Source: a virus. From it: DNA of 64,000 bases. Both the position numbers and the translations under genes were made by a program. This document shows, piece by piece, positions 45,838 through 55,173 of this stretch. The stretch lies in IMG/VR virus record IMGVR_UViG_3300022752_000024, positions 78,882 to 142,881 of that record; one strand, given 5' to 3'. Position 1 is the stretch's first letter. The number at the start of each line of letters is the position of its first letter. The notes beneath the pieces are model-generated. The model was not told where the DNA came from. It searched no databases and worked only from the letters and a program-made list of their open reading frames with translations.

Positions 45838-47629
45838 ATGCTATACAATCATTACCTTGTGCGATTTGTGTCATATCTAATTCTTTAATTACTTGTCTTT
45901 CAATACGTTTTGATACTTTATCTGCTTTACCAATTTTCTCTGAACGGCAGTAATATAATGTCTTTAATCCTTTTTTCCATGCCATGAAATGAATAGCATG
46001 GATGTACTTAATGTGTACATCCGGTCTAAAAAATAAATTTAACGATTGTGCTTGGTCAATGTATTGCTGTCTATCTGCTGCTAAATCGATGACCCATCGT
46101 TGGTCAATTTCCATACTTGTTTTGAATACTGCCTTTTCATTTTCATCTAAAATATTTAAGTGTTGTACTGAACCATCGTTAGCAATAATGCTTGACCAAA
46201 CATCATTATAATCTTCTGTAGCAATCGCACCAGATTCATCAGCTAATTTACTTTCAATCAGTTTATTCAACCATTTGTTTTTGTTTAGGTGTGATCCCGA
46301 GAGCGTATCTTGTCTATAAGCATTAGCACGATAAGGCTCAACGCTAGGAGAAGTGTTACCCATAATAATACTGGATGATGCGTTTGGTGCAATAGCCATA
46401 AGGTGGCTGAAACGGCGGCCATATCCCACAGCATCGGGTGCTTCACCACGTTCTTTACCAAGTTCCAAATTCGCTTCATCTAATCCCTCTCTAATATGTT
46501 TGAAGATTCTGTTATTGGCAACTTTTGCCATGACACCTTCAAAAGCAATACCATTGCGTTGTAAGTAAGCGTGAAAACCGAGAGCACCAACACCAATACT
46601 ACGCTCACGGGATGCAGAATATTTTGCACGGCTGATTGTGTCAGGAGCGTTATCAATAAAATACTGTAACACATTATCAAGCATCTCAGCAACGTCTTTG
46701 AGGAATAATTTATCATTTTTCCATTCATCATAAGTCTCCAAATTCAATGACGATAAACAACATACGGCGGTTCGTTCTTCGTTTGTGGGTAATATAATTT
46801 CACTGCAAAGATTTGATTGATGTACTTTCAAACCTTTATCTTTTAGCCATTCGGGAAGCATTCTATTACTTGTATCAATAAAATGAATATATGGTTCACC
46901 AGTATGCATACGCAATTCTAAAATCATCTGCCACAACATTCTTGCAGACACTACTTCTCTCACTTCTCCGGAATGTGGGTCTTTTAATTCCCACTCATCA
47001 CTTGCACTTGGATCCAACATACAGTTTTCAATGATACTCATGAAGTCATCTGTAATGTTAATACCGTGATGTAAATTCAGGCAACGCACATTTTGGTCAC
47101 CTGTCGGTTTTCTCATCTCAAGGAAGGAAATAACATCAGGATGACTAATATCAAGATAGGCAGCATAAGAACCACGACGAGTGCGACCTTGACGATATGC
47201 CAAACTAGACGAATCGTAAATCTTGAGGTGAGGCATAACGCCAGTAGATTTGTCATCCGCCGAACGAATACCAAAACCAATCCCAACACCGCCACCAAGC
47301 ATACTAAGCCAATTAGTTTCACTAAGATTATCAACTAGTCCCTCCGCTGTGTCTTCAATATAATTAAGGAAGCAACTAATAGGCATACCTCTCTTACTAC
47401 GACCAAAAGAAAGAATAGGGGTAGAATAAGAAAGCCAATGCTTAGAGCTATATTCGTAAAGACGCTGTGAATGCTCGATATTACTTCCAAATGCTTTAGA
47501 TACAAATGCAAATCGTTGTTGAGGCGATTCTTCATCCTCTCGCATATATGACTCTTTTAGCCGTTTGATTCCAAGCTCATCAAATAATTTATCTCTTTCT
47601 AAGTCTATCTTAATTCCTAAATATTCCAT
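45827..47629 (-). CDS. nrdA: Ribonucleotide reductase class I alpha subunit (short, no ATP cone)
   Basis: STP, ISCF, GGGVG, SNLCSEI, VCCLSS, APNASSS, DQAQSLN, KTLYY, CIACEG. Confidence 0.97.
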   Translation of the reverse strand: MEYLGIKIDLERDKLFDELGIKRLKESYMREDEESPQQRFAFVSKAFGSNIEHSQRLYEYSSKHWLSYSTPILSFGRSKRGMPISCFLNYIEDTAEGLVDNLSETNWLSMLGGGVGIGFGIRSADDKSTGVMPHLKIYDSSSLAYRQGRTRRGSYAAYLDISHPDVISFLEMRKPTGDQNVRCLNLHHGINITDDFMSIIENCMLDPSASDEWELKDPHSGEVREVVSARMLWQMILELRMHTGEPYIHFIDTSNRMLPEWLKDKGLKVHQSNLCSEIILPTNEERTAVCCLSSLNLETYDEWKNDKLFLKDVAEMLDNVLQYFIDNAPDTISRAKYSASRERSIGVGALGFHAYLQRNGIAFEGVMAKVANNRIFKHIREGLDEANLELGKERGEAPDAVGYGRRFSHLMAIAPNASSSIIMGNTSPSVEPYRANAYRQDTLSGSHLNKNKWLNKLIESKLADESGAIATEDYNDVWSSIIANDGSVQHLNILDENEKAVFKTSMEIDQRWVIDLAADRQQYIDQAQSLNLFFRPDVHIKYIHAIHFMAWKKGLKTLYYCRSEKIGKADKVSKRIERQVIKELDMTQIAQGNDCIACEG

Positions 47630-47645
47630 ATTTACCTTATTGTTA

Positions 47646-48293
47646 TTATATTGTCCATACAAATTCTTCTATCATAGGGAAGATAGGTCTAATTGCTTCT
47701 GCACATGCTAAAGCTATTTCTTGATGTTCCTTCTGTGTACCATTTGCACTCCTGAGTTGTATATAGTGAACCCAAGAACGCAAATTTCCGTTCATATACA
47801 GGCGAGAAGGGGTCATACCCTCAGGTAATACTACTCTTGCTTGTTCTTTAGCAACCCCGTTTTTTATTGCCCAGTCATAGGCTTGCTGCACTTTAAATGC
47901 TACTGCTTCTTGTTGTTCTTTCCATCTTTGTTTGATATACTCATCACCAGTTTCAATACTGTTTTGACGATTCTTATTGTCCTGCAATCTTGCTTCACGG
48001 TATTCAAATTCATTTTCCACTACCGCATATCGTTGGCTAAATTCTTGAAAAGAAAAAGACCTATGACGCAATATTTGCCTTGCTATATCTCTTGTTGTAT
48101 TAATTTCTAAACACACATTCACCATTTCTAAAGGTGACCAATGTTGATGTTTAACTAGATAACGAACCAGTTTTTCTGCTGTTTCATTATTATTTTGATT
48201 TGCCGGATTAGACACTCTAGCGGCATATGCTACCTGTTCTAGTAAGTTTTTTCCGTCTGTTGTCTGAGAATAATTAATTAATTCAACTTTCAT
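47646..48293 (-). CDS. thyX: Flavin-dependent thymidylate synthase
   Basis: HWSPLE, QILRHRSFSFQEFSQRY, EQARVVLP, TQKEH. Confidence 0.97.
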   Translation of the reverse strand: MKVELINYSQTTDGKNLLEQVAYAARVSNPANQNNNETAEKLVRYLVKHQHWSPLEMVNVCLEINTTRDIARQILRHRSFSFQEFSQRYAVVENEFEYREARLQDNKNRQNSIETGDEYIKQRWKEQQEAVAFKVQQAYDWAIKNGVAKEQARVVLPEGMTPSRLYMNGNLRSWVHYIQLRSANGTQKEHQEIALACAEAIRPIFPMIEEFVWTI

Positions 48294-48756
48294 TACCATA
48301 GCTCCATATTTCCTTTTTATATTCATCTGACCAATGATCATAATATGATGAGTTTTTTAATGCATTTCTAGCATTAATTAATTTATCTTTAGGCTGTGCA
48401 ATGATAACTGGATACTGTTCATTACCGGTACGAATACCATTAATGTAACCAGGATCGTCAGGATGATCCTTGAGAAAGATAATATTGTTAAAATTTTTAT
48501 TCAAGTTATTAATTATAACAACACAATCATCATTTGTCAAATTACCAATACTATTTAAAAATAATACTACTTCATAGTCACCAACAAAGCTTTCCATGTA
48601 GCGTGATATGAAGTCTTCTGGTTCATAAGAAATATATGATATGAAGATTTTATTATCAAGTAAAGCTTTTTTTGCATATGGACATATAGCAAAACCATCA
48701 AGCTCACTTCTTTTTTTGGATATATGGTTAATCCAATTAATTATATTTTCTTCCAT
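48283..48756 (-). CDS. Hypothetical protein
   Basis: W..L.GFAICPYAK..DHP..L..SYY..W pattern. Confidence 0.7.
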   Translation of the reverse strand: MEENIINWINHISKKRSELDGFAICPYAKKALLDNKIFISYISYEPEDFISRYMESFVGDYEVVLFLNSIGNLTNDDCVVIINNLNKNFNNIIFLKDHPDDPGYINGIRTGNEQYPVIIAQPKDKLINARNALKNSSYYDHWSDEYKKEIWSYGNES

Positions 48757-49760
48757 GATGTAAACTCAAGGTTCGCTCTTAAATTACAGAAAGTAAATTT
48801 ATCTATAAGATCCAATATTTCATCAGGTGAAATTCCTGCTAAAATCATCTCATTTATATCTTTTTGCTTGATGTTTTCCGGCAGTAATGTTACATTATAT
48901 CCAGAAGTGATTGCTTTACCAATTTGTTTTACAATATCTTTATTTCTTGGTTCATTATCATACACTAAAACAAAATCAGTTAGTTCTAACTTCGCTGCTC
49001 TTGTAAGATCAGAATCGGCAGTCGCAATTGCATTTGGTAAAAACAACGAATCGATTGGACCTTCAACTACATAAACTTTTTTATTTTTGTCAACTCTATT
49101 TAATCCATAAAACTTTGGTGTTTCAACCAAGGAGATCGTGATATAACGGATCTTTGATTCAGCAAGAGCCCGACCCTGAATGGCAATGAGTTCATTACTT
49201 TCATTGTAGAATGGGATGACAAGCCTAGCATCTTCCTCTTTAAGATTCTCGTTTTCAACGCCGAGAGATTGTACCAGTTTTTTGAAATCAGGAGCAAAGT
49301 ATAATTCTTCATGAAAACTATTCGGAATTTTCCTTGCTTGAACATATTTTTTTGCAAAATGCGAATCTGGTAAGGCTTCAATTGTATCCAAGTCGATCTT
49401 CTTTTGTGCCTTCTTCTCATCGAACGTTGGTTGACTCTTGAACCCTTCAAAGTTCGGTTTCGGATAATTATGATTCCCGGTCTCACCATTGGTAAAACGC
49501 TCATAAGCATATTCTTTCAATAAAGAAGGATCGATAAGTCTTAGGAAGTTATAAAAAGTATGACCAGTACCACAGTTGTGGCATGTATAGAAATAGTCGT
49601 TATTCTTCTTATAAACAAATCCTCTTGCTTTGGATTTATTCTTTTGTGAATCGCCACAAATAGGACACCTAAAGTTGTACAGGTCTTGCTTTTTTTGAGC
49701 AAAACGTTCCAACTTTGGTGAAACTAGGTGCAGGAATTTTCGATCAATATAGATACTCAT
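48741..49760 (-). CDS. 61: DNA primase gp61
   Basis: NFRCPICGDS..CHNCG zinc finger; YVVEGPIDSLFL TOPRIM; YDNEPRN; KDINEM. Confidence 0.96.
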   Translation of the reverse strand: MSIYIDRKFLHLVSPKLERFAQKKQDLYNFRCPICGDSQKNKSKARGFVYKKNNDYFYTCHNCGTGHTFYNFLRLIDPSLLKEYAYERFTNGETGNHNYPKPNFEGFKSQPTFDEKKAQKKIDLDTIEALPDSHFAKKYVQARKIPNSFHEELYFAPDFKKLVQSLGVENENLKEEDARLVIPFYNESNELIAIQGRALAESKIRYITISLVETPKFYGLNRVDKNKKVYVVEGPIDSLFLPNAIATADSDLTRAAKLELTDFVLVYDNEPRNKDIVKQIGKAITSGYNVTLLPENIKQKDINEMILAGISPDEILDLIDKFTFCNLRANLEFTSWKKI

Positions 49761-49806
49761 TATGTAATTCTATCACAATATCGATAGAATGTAAAGAGAC
49801 AAAAAA

Positions 49807-50235
49807 TTATTTACCGATTAAATTGGCAAACGTTTCTAAATTAACATGTGATACTAGCCAAGATAATGCAATAATACCACCCACTAACATCCACTTCCAT
49901 TCAAGTAATTTTTCCAATGATTCTTTTTCGTTCGTGTTGTGTTCTTGCATATCTTTACGCAAAGCCTTTAGCTCTTCCATGAGCCGAAGTTCTGATGCCT
50001 GTAGCTTATCAAGTACAGTATCTATTCTATCATGTATTTCACGAACATCGGCTTCGGTTTCTAATCTTCTGTTATCAATATCCATGTAAATTTTTGCGAT
50101 GTGTCTATCGTGCTGGTCCACCAGTTTCTCCATTATTTTGTCCATTTTATCGCAAAGAATACATAGAGTACTTACTTGTTGTTTTAGAACTCCTACGTCA
50201 ACTTGTAAACTTACTATTTCTTTATCGTCAGACAT
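49807..50235 (-). CDS. Coiled-coil protein with C-terminal TM helix
   Basis: LEWKWMLVGGIIALSW; last gene of the lysis cluster. Confidence 0.65.
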   Translation of the reverse strand: MSDDKEIVSLQVDVGVLKQQVSTLCILCDKMDKIMEKLVDQHDRHIAKIYMDIDNRRLETEADVREIHDRIDTVLDKLQASELRLMEELKALRKDMQEHNTNEKESLEKLLEWKWMLVGGIIALSWLVSHVNLETFANLIGK

Positions 50236-50245
50236 TTTATTTTCT

Positions 50246-50443
50246 TTACTTTTTAGGAGGAATTGCTGTACCTTCTAGTTTCTTATGAACTTTGATGGTT
50301 TTGCAAACTTCTTTTTCTTTTTTGGTTTTATTATCAAATTCTTTTACACAGACTTTTTGTTCTTCAGCAGCAAATGCTGCTTTAGTTAGTGGTGCAAAAA
50401 GCAAAAACAGAATCATTGAAACTAAGGCTAATTCTTTCTTCAT
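50246..50443 (-). CDS. Small secreted protein
   Basis: Signal peptide; KVC..EVCK.IKVHKKLEGT. Confidence 0.7.
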   Translation of the reverse strand: MKKELALVSMILFLLFAPLTKAAFAAEEQKVCVKEFDNKTKKEKEVCKTIKVHKKLEGTAIPPKK

Positions 50444-50465
50444 TTTTCTTCCTTTTCAGTAAATA

Positions 50466-50975
50466 TTAAATCTCTGGATGAGGTGGTTGTGCTGGTGCTT
50501 CTTTCCCATTAAAACCAGAAACAACTTGTGGCGTAAACGCAGGCTGCTGTATTACAACAGTTGTTGGTGCCGAAGGTGCTGGTGGTGGAACATCATGCAT
50601 AACTTTTTTTGTTGCCTCAAAGTTATCATTAGCCATCTTTTGTGCTTGCAACATTGCTTCCTTATCCTCTTTGCTTTGACCAGATACCATAATACCCGAT
50701 AATGTACCAGTCAAGAATGTCGCAATAGGAACAATCAGTTCAAAGAATTTTTGGTCGATAGGACTGATAGCATTTAAAGGTTGTGTTACAAAAATAAGAG
50801 AATATAACACAACAAAAACAATACCAGTCAATGTTAATGAAAGGCAAATACCAATAAAGAATTTTAGACGAGCCATTAACTGCTCATCAGTATAGACAAA
50901 ATTATTATTTTCCACAGTTTGCTCCTTGAACATTTGCAGGGTTAGCAGGTGAAATATTTGTGTTAGTTTGTTCAT
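50466..50975 (-). CDS. Two-TM membrane protein (holin candidate)
   Basis: Two hydrophobic helices and a Pro-rich tail, in the lysis cluster; true start probably near VENNN. Confidence 0.6.
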   Translation of the reverse strand: MNKLTQIFHLLTLQMFKEQTVENNNFVYTDEQLMARLKFFIGICLSLTLTGIVFVVLYSLIFVTQPLNAISPIDQKFFELIVPIATFLTGTLSGIMVSGQSKEDKEAMLQAQKMANDNFEATKKVMHDVPPPAPSAPTTVVIQQPAFTPQVVSGFNGKEAPAQPPHPEI

Positions 50976-51186
50976 TTACTGGTCCTAATCTTGGGTCTCT
51001 CTGACCTTTAAAAATATGCTCAGGGCATGTTCTAGTCACATCACATAAAGGCATTTTACAAATATCTTTATTCCAATTTTCTGGGTCTTGACAAGGGTAA
51101 CGGAATCTATCACCGCTGCAAGTTGCTAATCCTAATGGTAAGAGTAACAATAAAAACATAAATTTAGCTAATTTTTTATCACCCAT
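50905..51186 (-). CDS. Exported Cys-rich protein
   Basis: Signal-like N-terminus; RFRYPCQDPENW..C..P.C....TCP. Confidence 0.65.
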   Translation of the reverse strand: MGDKKLAKFMFLLLLLPLGLATCSGDRFRYPCQDPENWNKDICKMPLCDVTRTCPEHIFKGQRDPRLGPVNEQTNTNISPANPANVQGANCGK

Positions 51187-51189
51187 AAT

Positions 51190-51804
51190 TTATGCTCCAA
51201 AAACATGTAAAGCATGTTCGTAGTGTTTAATTCTATCATCTAGACCAATAGTACCACCATTGATTACTTTGGTCATCTTCACAATATCACCTTTATCCGC
51301 TAAATCATTTAGCTTATTTGTTTCCCAGAACCAGCATCCTGATTGTGCAGCACCTTCAAAGGTACCCATATACAATGCCGCTTCTTCTGGTGAAATTTGT
51401 AATGATGCTGCAAACCATGTATAGTTTGTTTTACCAGTCAATTGGATTAGACCACGACCACGATATTTATATCCATCACCTGACGCTTCGTCTCCATTAC
51501 CCATGCGATTCGCATAGATTTTGTTTGCGATCTTTTGTGGATTTTTTTCGTATGCTTTAGCAGTAGCCATATCCGGAAAGTATTTTCCAAATATCTTCAT
51601 TAGACTTTCTGCTTTGTAATTTAGATTTTCTGATAAGAAAATAAACTCACCAGACTCATGAGCGCATTGTGCCATAAATGCAGCAATACGCTTTGGTGTG
51701 TTTATTTCATAATCGGGAAGCAATTGACTTAATGCTTTATGCCATTGGTCAACGTAAGGATTTTTAGGAAGCAGTTGTTTTAATTGTTCTTTTGTCAGTT
51801 CCAT
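51190..51804 (-). CDS. Endolysin, glycoside hydrolase family 19
   Basis: AAFMAQCAHES, ENLNY, GDGYKYRGRGLIQLTGK.NY, TKVINGG..GL..R. Confidence 0.95.
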   Translation of the reverse strand: MELTKEQLKQLLPKNPYVDQWHKALSQLLPDYEINTPKRIAAFMAQCAHESGEFIFLSENLNYKAESLMKIFGKYFPDMATAKAYEKNPQKIANKIYANRMGNGDEASGDGYKYRGRGLIQLTGKTNYTWFAASLQISPEEAALYMGTFEGAAQSGCWFWETNKLNDLADKGDIVKMTKVINGGTIGLDDRIKHYEHALHVFGA

Positions 51805-52061
51805 TACTTTACACTTTCATAAATGTCTTTTTGTATATGATACCAATCAATCCATGCATCATTTTTCACAGAACATTCATGATAAGATGTGTAATTTATA
51901 CCTATCTTTTTTGCTATTTCGCTGAGAGTAGCATCTTCAGGAGTCATTTGCAATTCTTTGCATTTCTCCAATAACGGCGCTGGTGCTTCTGGAAATTTCA
52001 TAACAACAGGTACCGTTGTTGAACATCCAGCAAGCAGCAAAGCAATTAAAGCAAATCTCAT
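51804..52061 (-). CDS. Outer-membrane spanin (Rz1-like lipoprotein)
   Basis: Lipobox LLAGC; Pro-rich; NY..YHEC..W..W. Confidence 0.8.
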   Translation of the reverse strand: MRFALIALLLAGCSTTVPVVMKFPEAPAPLLEKCKELQMTPEDATLSEIAKKIGINYTSYHECSVKNDAWIDWYHIQKDIYESVK

Positions 52062-52516
52062 TTTGGTGTCTCCGCTGCTTTATTTATTGCTTGTATAAAT
52101 TCTTTAGGAATTTCACATTCACCACCTGGTAGAAATTTTGTGTCATATTTTACCACTTCTCGGTCAATGTATTTAACTACTTCATCACCTTTTTCTTTTA
52201 TAATTTTATTCTTTGTTACGATCTTTGTGACTATCTCTTTATTTACTTGTTGAGATTTTTCTTCTGCAACTTTAACCTTTACTTCTAATTCTTTCACTCT
52301 GGCTTCCCATTCATTATTATTATGAATTGCACCTACCATAAAAACTCCAAACACTATCATTGATATTGAGACTACCTGAATAGGTATCTTATATACATAG
52401 AGTGGTGGTATGAACTTAGCAATTATTTTAACAAGATATGTTGCAGTCAGACCTATTACACCAAGTAACAGTATCCCATAAAAAATCCAATTAGGTAACA
52501 AATTTATAATCCACAT
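52058..52516 (-). CDS. Inner-membrane spanin (Rz-like)
   Basis: N-terminal TM helices, coiled coil, C-terminal Cys; overlaps the o-spanin gene. Confidence 0.75.
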   Translation of the reverse strand: MWIINLLPNWIFYGILLLGVIGLTATYLVKIIAKFIPPLYVYKIPIQVVSISMIVFGVFMVGAIHNNNEWEARVKELEVKVKVAEEKSQQVNKEIVTKIVTKNKIIKEKGDEVVKYIDREVVKYDTKFLPGGECEIPKEFIQAINKAAETPK

Positions 52517-52774
52517 TTATTTTATCAATTCCAAAACACTATTATTGTTATTATTTTTTTCTATTTTGATCCAACCATTATTACCAAATTTGTATCCTTC
52601 TTTTTCTTTTACGGATACTTTTAAGCCTTCAAAATTTTGTACAATATACTTTGCTAAACTATTATTGTCTAAACCATTCATTTTAATTAACATTATGTTT
52701 TCAACTATTGAAGCTTCTACTTTTATTTCAAACTTTTCTTCGAGAAAACTTTTAACGTCAACAAATTCTGTCAC
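52517..52774 (-). CDS. Hypothetical protein
   Basis: Coupled ORF. Confidence 0.55.
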   Translation of the reverse strand: MTEFVDVKSFLEEKFEIKVEASIVENIMLIKMNGLDNNSLAKYIVQNFEGLKVSVKEKEGYKFGNNGWIKIEKNNNNNSVLELIK

Positions 52775-52944
52775 TTCGGTACTTTCCTGTATAATGTAGG
52801 ATATTTTCTTTTTCTCTTTTTCATGTCAACCGCAGTTGCACTAACTGGATCGGTTCCACTTTGTGGACCAGTCACATTAGTTGGTCCTGCTGATGCCACG
52901 GCACCTGCACCCATCTCACTAATAAATTTCTTAAATGTGATCAT
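52771..52944 (-). CDS. Small putative internal head protein
   Basis: Starts MITFKKFISE (capsid-targeting-like); ATGA overlap with upstream gene. Confidence 0.6.
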   Translation of the reverse strand: MITFKKFISEMGAGAVASAGPTNVTGPQSGTDPVSATAVDMKKRKRKYPTLYRKVPK

Positions 52945-54116
52945 CTGCAATTCCATTTTCTTAAAGATTTATTAATTCTGCTATTAGGATCTCTTGCTGT
53001 TTTTGCCGAAGTCAATCTTTTTTTCATTCCTTTCATTCTAGCACAAAAGGACTTTCTACGATTAGCAGCTTTACTACCTTTCTTTAATTTAGAAGGCTTT
53101 GTAGTAACTGCCATAGATAACTTCGATCCTGGATTTTCTCTGCGGTATGACATGATGCCTTTGCGATTCAAACCACCTTTAGGGTCTTTTCCTTCTTTTC
53201 TTTTCCATGCAGCAGATTCGTCTAATTCTTGTTTTATCCAATCATCAGGAGTTTTACCGTGTTTCTTTTTAAAGTCGTTATGTAATTCTTTACCGGTTAT
53301 GTCATGATTCGCAGATATCTTCATCATCAATTTATGTATAGTATCGTAATCGTGTTTGTCTAAATTGTGCAAACCAGATTCTAATTCTCTAACGTGATCT
53401 TCTGTCAAGATATCATCTATAATATTAAATTCTTCTTTTAGACCGGCAATAAAGTTATAATCGTCCATTGTTAGGACACCTTTTTTGCGAATATCGATGA
53501 GTCTTTCGGTGATGCGGTGAAGTTCTAGATCATCTTTAATATCTTCTCTAGCCAATTCGAGCATACGAATCATCAAAGGAATATTAAAGGTTATGGTATC
53601 TTTTTTATCTTCTGCTTCAGATATGTAGGCTTTAAATGATTTCATTGGTTGTTTTTCTTCTTTTACTGATTTCCAACCACCACCTTTTGACTTGTACCAC
53701 TTAGAAGCCCAACCGTTTGCATATGCAGAAGGATATACATCAAATTTTGATCTTGCTAGTGATACTGCTCTTGACCAAAGCTTGGGATTTGTTGGCTTAT
53801 TTTTTTCTTCTAAATGTTCCATGTCTTCACTCATCTTTCTTTTTCCGGTACTCGACACATTAATTGGTGCGCCTTTTCTTTCTGGATTAGGATCGTGTTT
53901 TCTTTTTGCTCTAACAGCAGCAGCACGTTGCGTTTTAGAAAGTGATGATCTCTGTGTTTTTGACATACACTTTGGTTTTGCTTCACCGGGTTCTCTAGCA
54001 CAAGGACCAACAACCTCACCTTTAGAATTGATTCTTTTCCAATCGCCTTTAGGATGAGTTTTGCTAAACCACTGTCTTAAATCCTCATTGTGTAAAAAGC
54101 TTTTTAGAGATTTCAT
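52941..54116 (-). CDS. Multi-module basic putative internal head protein
   Basis: Modules LRQWF..GDW..KPKC, KFDVYPSAYAN..GGGW, SAAWKRKEGK..GGLN..RRKSFCARM, separated by LxE-like sites. Confidence 0.7.
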   Translation of the reverse strand: MKSLKSFLHNEDLRQWFSKTHPKGDWKRINSKGEVVGPCAREPGEAKPKCMSKTQRSSLSKTQRAAAVRAKRKHDPNPERKGAPINVSSTGKRKMSEDMEHLEEKNKPTNPKLWSRAVSLARSKFDVYPSAYANGWASKWYKSKGGGWKSVKEEKQPMKSFKAYISEAEDKKDTITFNIPLMIRMLELAREDIKDDLELHRITERLIDIRKKGVLTMDDYNFIAGLKEEFNIIDDILTEDHVRELESGLHNLDKHDYDTIHKLMMKISANHDITGKELHNDFKKKHGKTPDDWIKQELDESAAWKRKEGKDPKGGLNRKGIMSYRRENPGSKLSMAVTTKPSKLKKGSKAANRRKSFCARMKGMKKRLTSAKTARDPNSRINKSLRKWNCR

Positions 54117-54499
54117 AGTTTTCTTAGTGTTTCTGCGATATGTAAATCTACAGGAATATCGGAAACAAAAATATCTTTTCCATTTACTCCTTTGATGACT
54201 TTTGGTAATATATTTAAATACATCAAGAATGTCTTCAGTACGTCATAATCTCGTTCTTCTATCCGATAGAATAATATTCTTGATATGGCTTCTGGACCAA
54301 AAACATTATTCAACAATATAAGATGATTAAGTATCAATCTTTCTTTTAGTGTTTTTGTTAGCTTATATCTTCGAAAGAGCCTCTTGAGATACTTTGTTCT
54401 CTTGAGGTCTCCTTCGAATTCCGACATTATACAATTTGGCGACTCATAAGCTTTTGCAGCATAAATCAAAAAATTGCTTTCATTCAAATCATCAAACAT
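54113..54499 (-). CDS. Conserved hypothetical T4-like protein
   Basis: LNESNFLIYAAKAY..P.C...EF..DLKR.KY.KRL..ERLILNH....NVF. Confidence 0.85.
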   Translation of the reverse strand: MFDDLNESNFLIYAAKAYESPNCIMSEFEGDLKRTKYLKRLFRRYKLTKTLKERLILNHLILLNNVFGPEAISRILFYRIEERDYDVLKTFLMYLNILPKVIKGVNGKDIFVSDIPVDLHIAETLRKL

Positions 54500-54512
54500 C
54501 TAATATTTCTTA

Positions 54513-55142
54513 TTATAGACCACTAAAGTAGCTGTTTGAAGTAGTATTTCCTGAAGAAACATTAAAAGCTACTGGATTTGCTAGTGCAACTAAAGTTTCT
54601 TTTAGGTAACGCTTTGTTCCGTCGCTATTTACTTTAAAAGTGAATCTATTCCATCCAGTATTAATGGCGCTGTTTGCTCCACTAATCAAACTATTCGCTA
54701 GACGAGATGCTGTAACTAAAATAACATCGGCGCCACGGTTTGGATACTGAACATTGGTGCTAGGAATCGTATTGGCAACATAAACAAGAGAACCGCTTGC
54801 AAGTGTTGCAAACACAGGATTCGCTATGTTAATTTTAGAGTTGGCAGTATCTATCGAAGTAATTGTGTTATTTGACTTTAAAAATCCAACATCGTTTTGG
54901 TTAACACCAGACAAGTCGAAAGCTAGTCTCGAAACTGCAACATCTCCTACAAATGAGTTAGCTACTCCATACACATACATACCAACAGCAATCGAACCAA
55001 AGCTTGCGTTTGATGTGAAGGTAATCGTGTTTCCTGATGTAACTGCACCATTAGTTGTGAGTACTGCTACAGGTAAAACTTCTCTTAAATCTGGAAACGC
55101 TGGTTTATTATTTCCAGAATCCGTATTTCCCCATGATGGCAT
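54513..55142 (-). CDS. Virion structural protein (head decoration/fibre-like)
   Basis: MPSWGNTD..GW..R...ETLVAL termini; N/S/T-rich beta composition; AAGGAG RBS. Confidence 0.6.
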   Translation of the reverse strand: MPSWGNTDSGNNKPAFPDLREVLPVAVLTTNGAVTSGNTITFTSNASFGSIAVGMYVYGVANSFVGDVAVSRLAFDLSGVNQNDVGFLKSNNTITSIDTANSKINIANPVFATLASGSLVYVANTIPSTNVQYPNRGADVILVTASRLANSLISGANSAINTGWNRFTFKVNSDGTKRYLKETLVALANPVAFNVSSGNTTSNSYFSGL

Positions 55143-55173
55143 TTTATTCTCCTTTTAACCGAGGGTTATATTG

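Noticed and set aside
44060-48341. Introns or inteins in nrdA, nrdB or thyX
   Set aside because: All three ORFs are continuous and of compact, expected length
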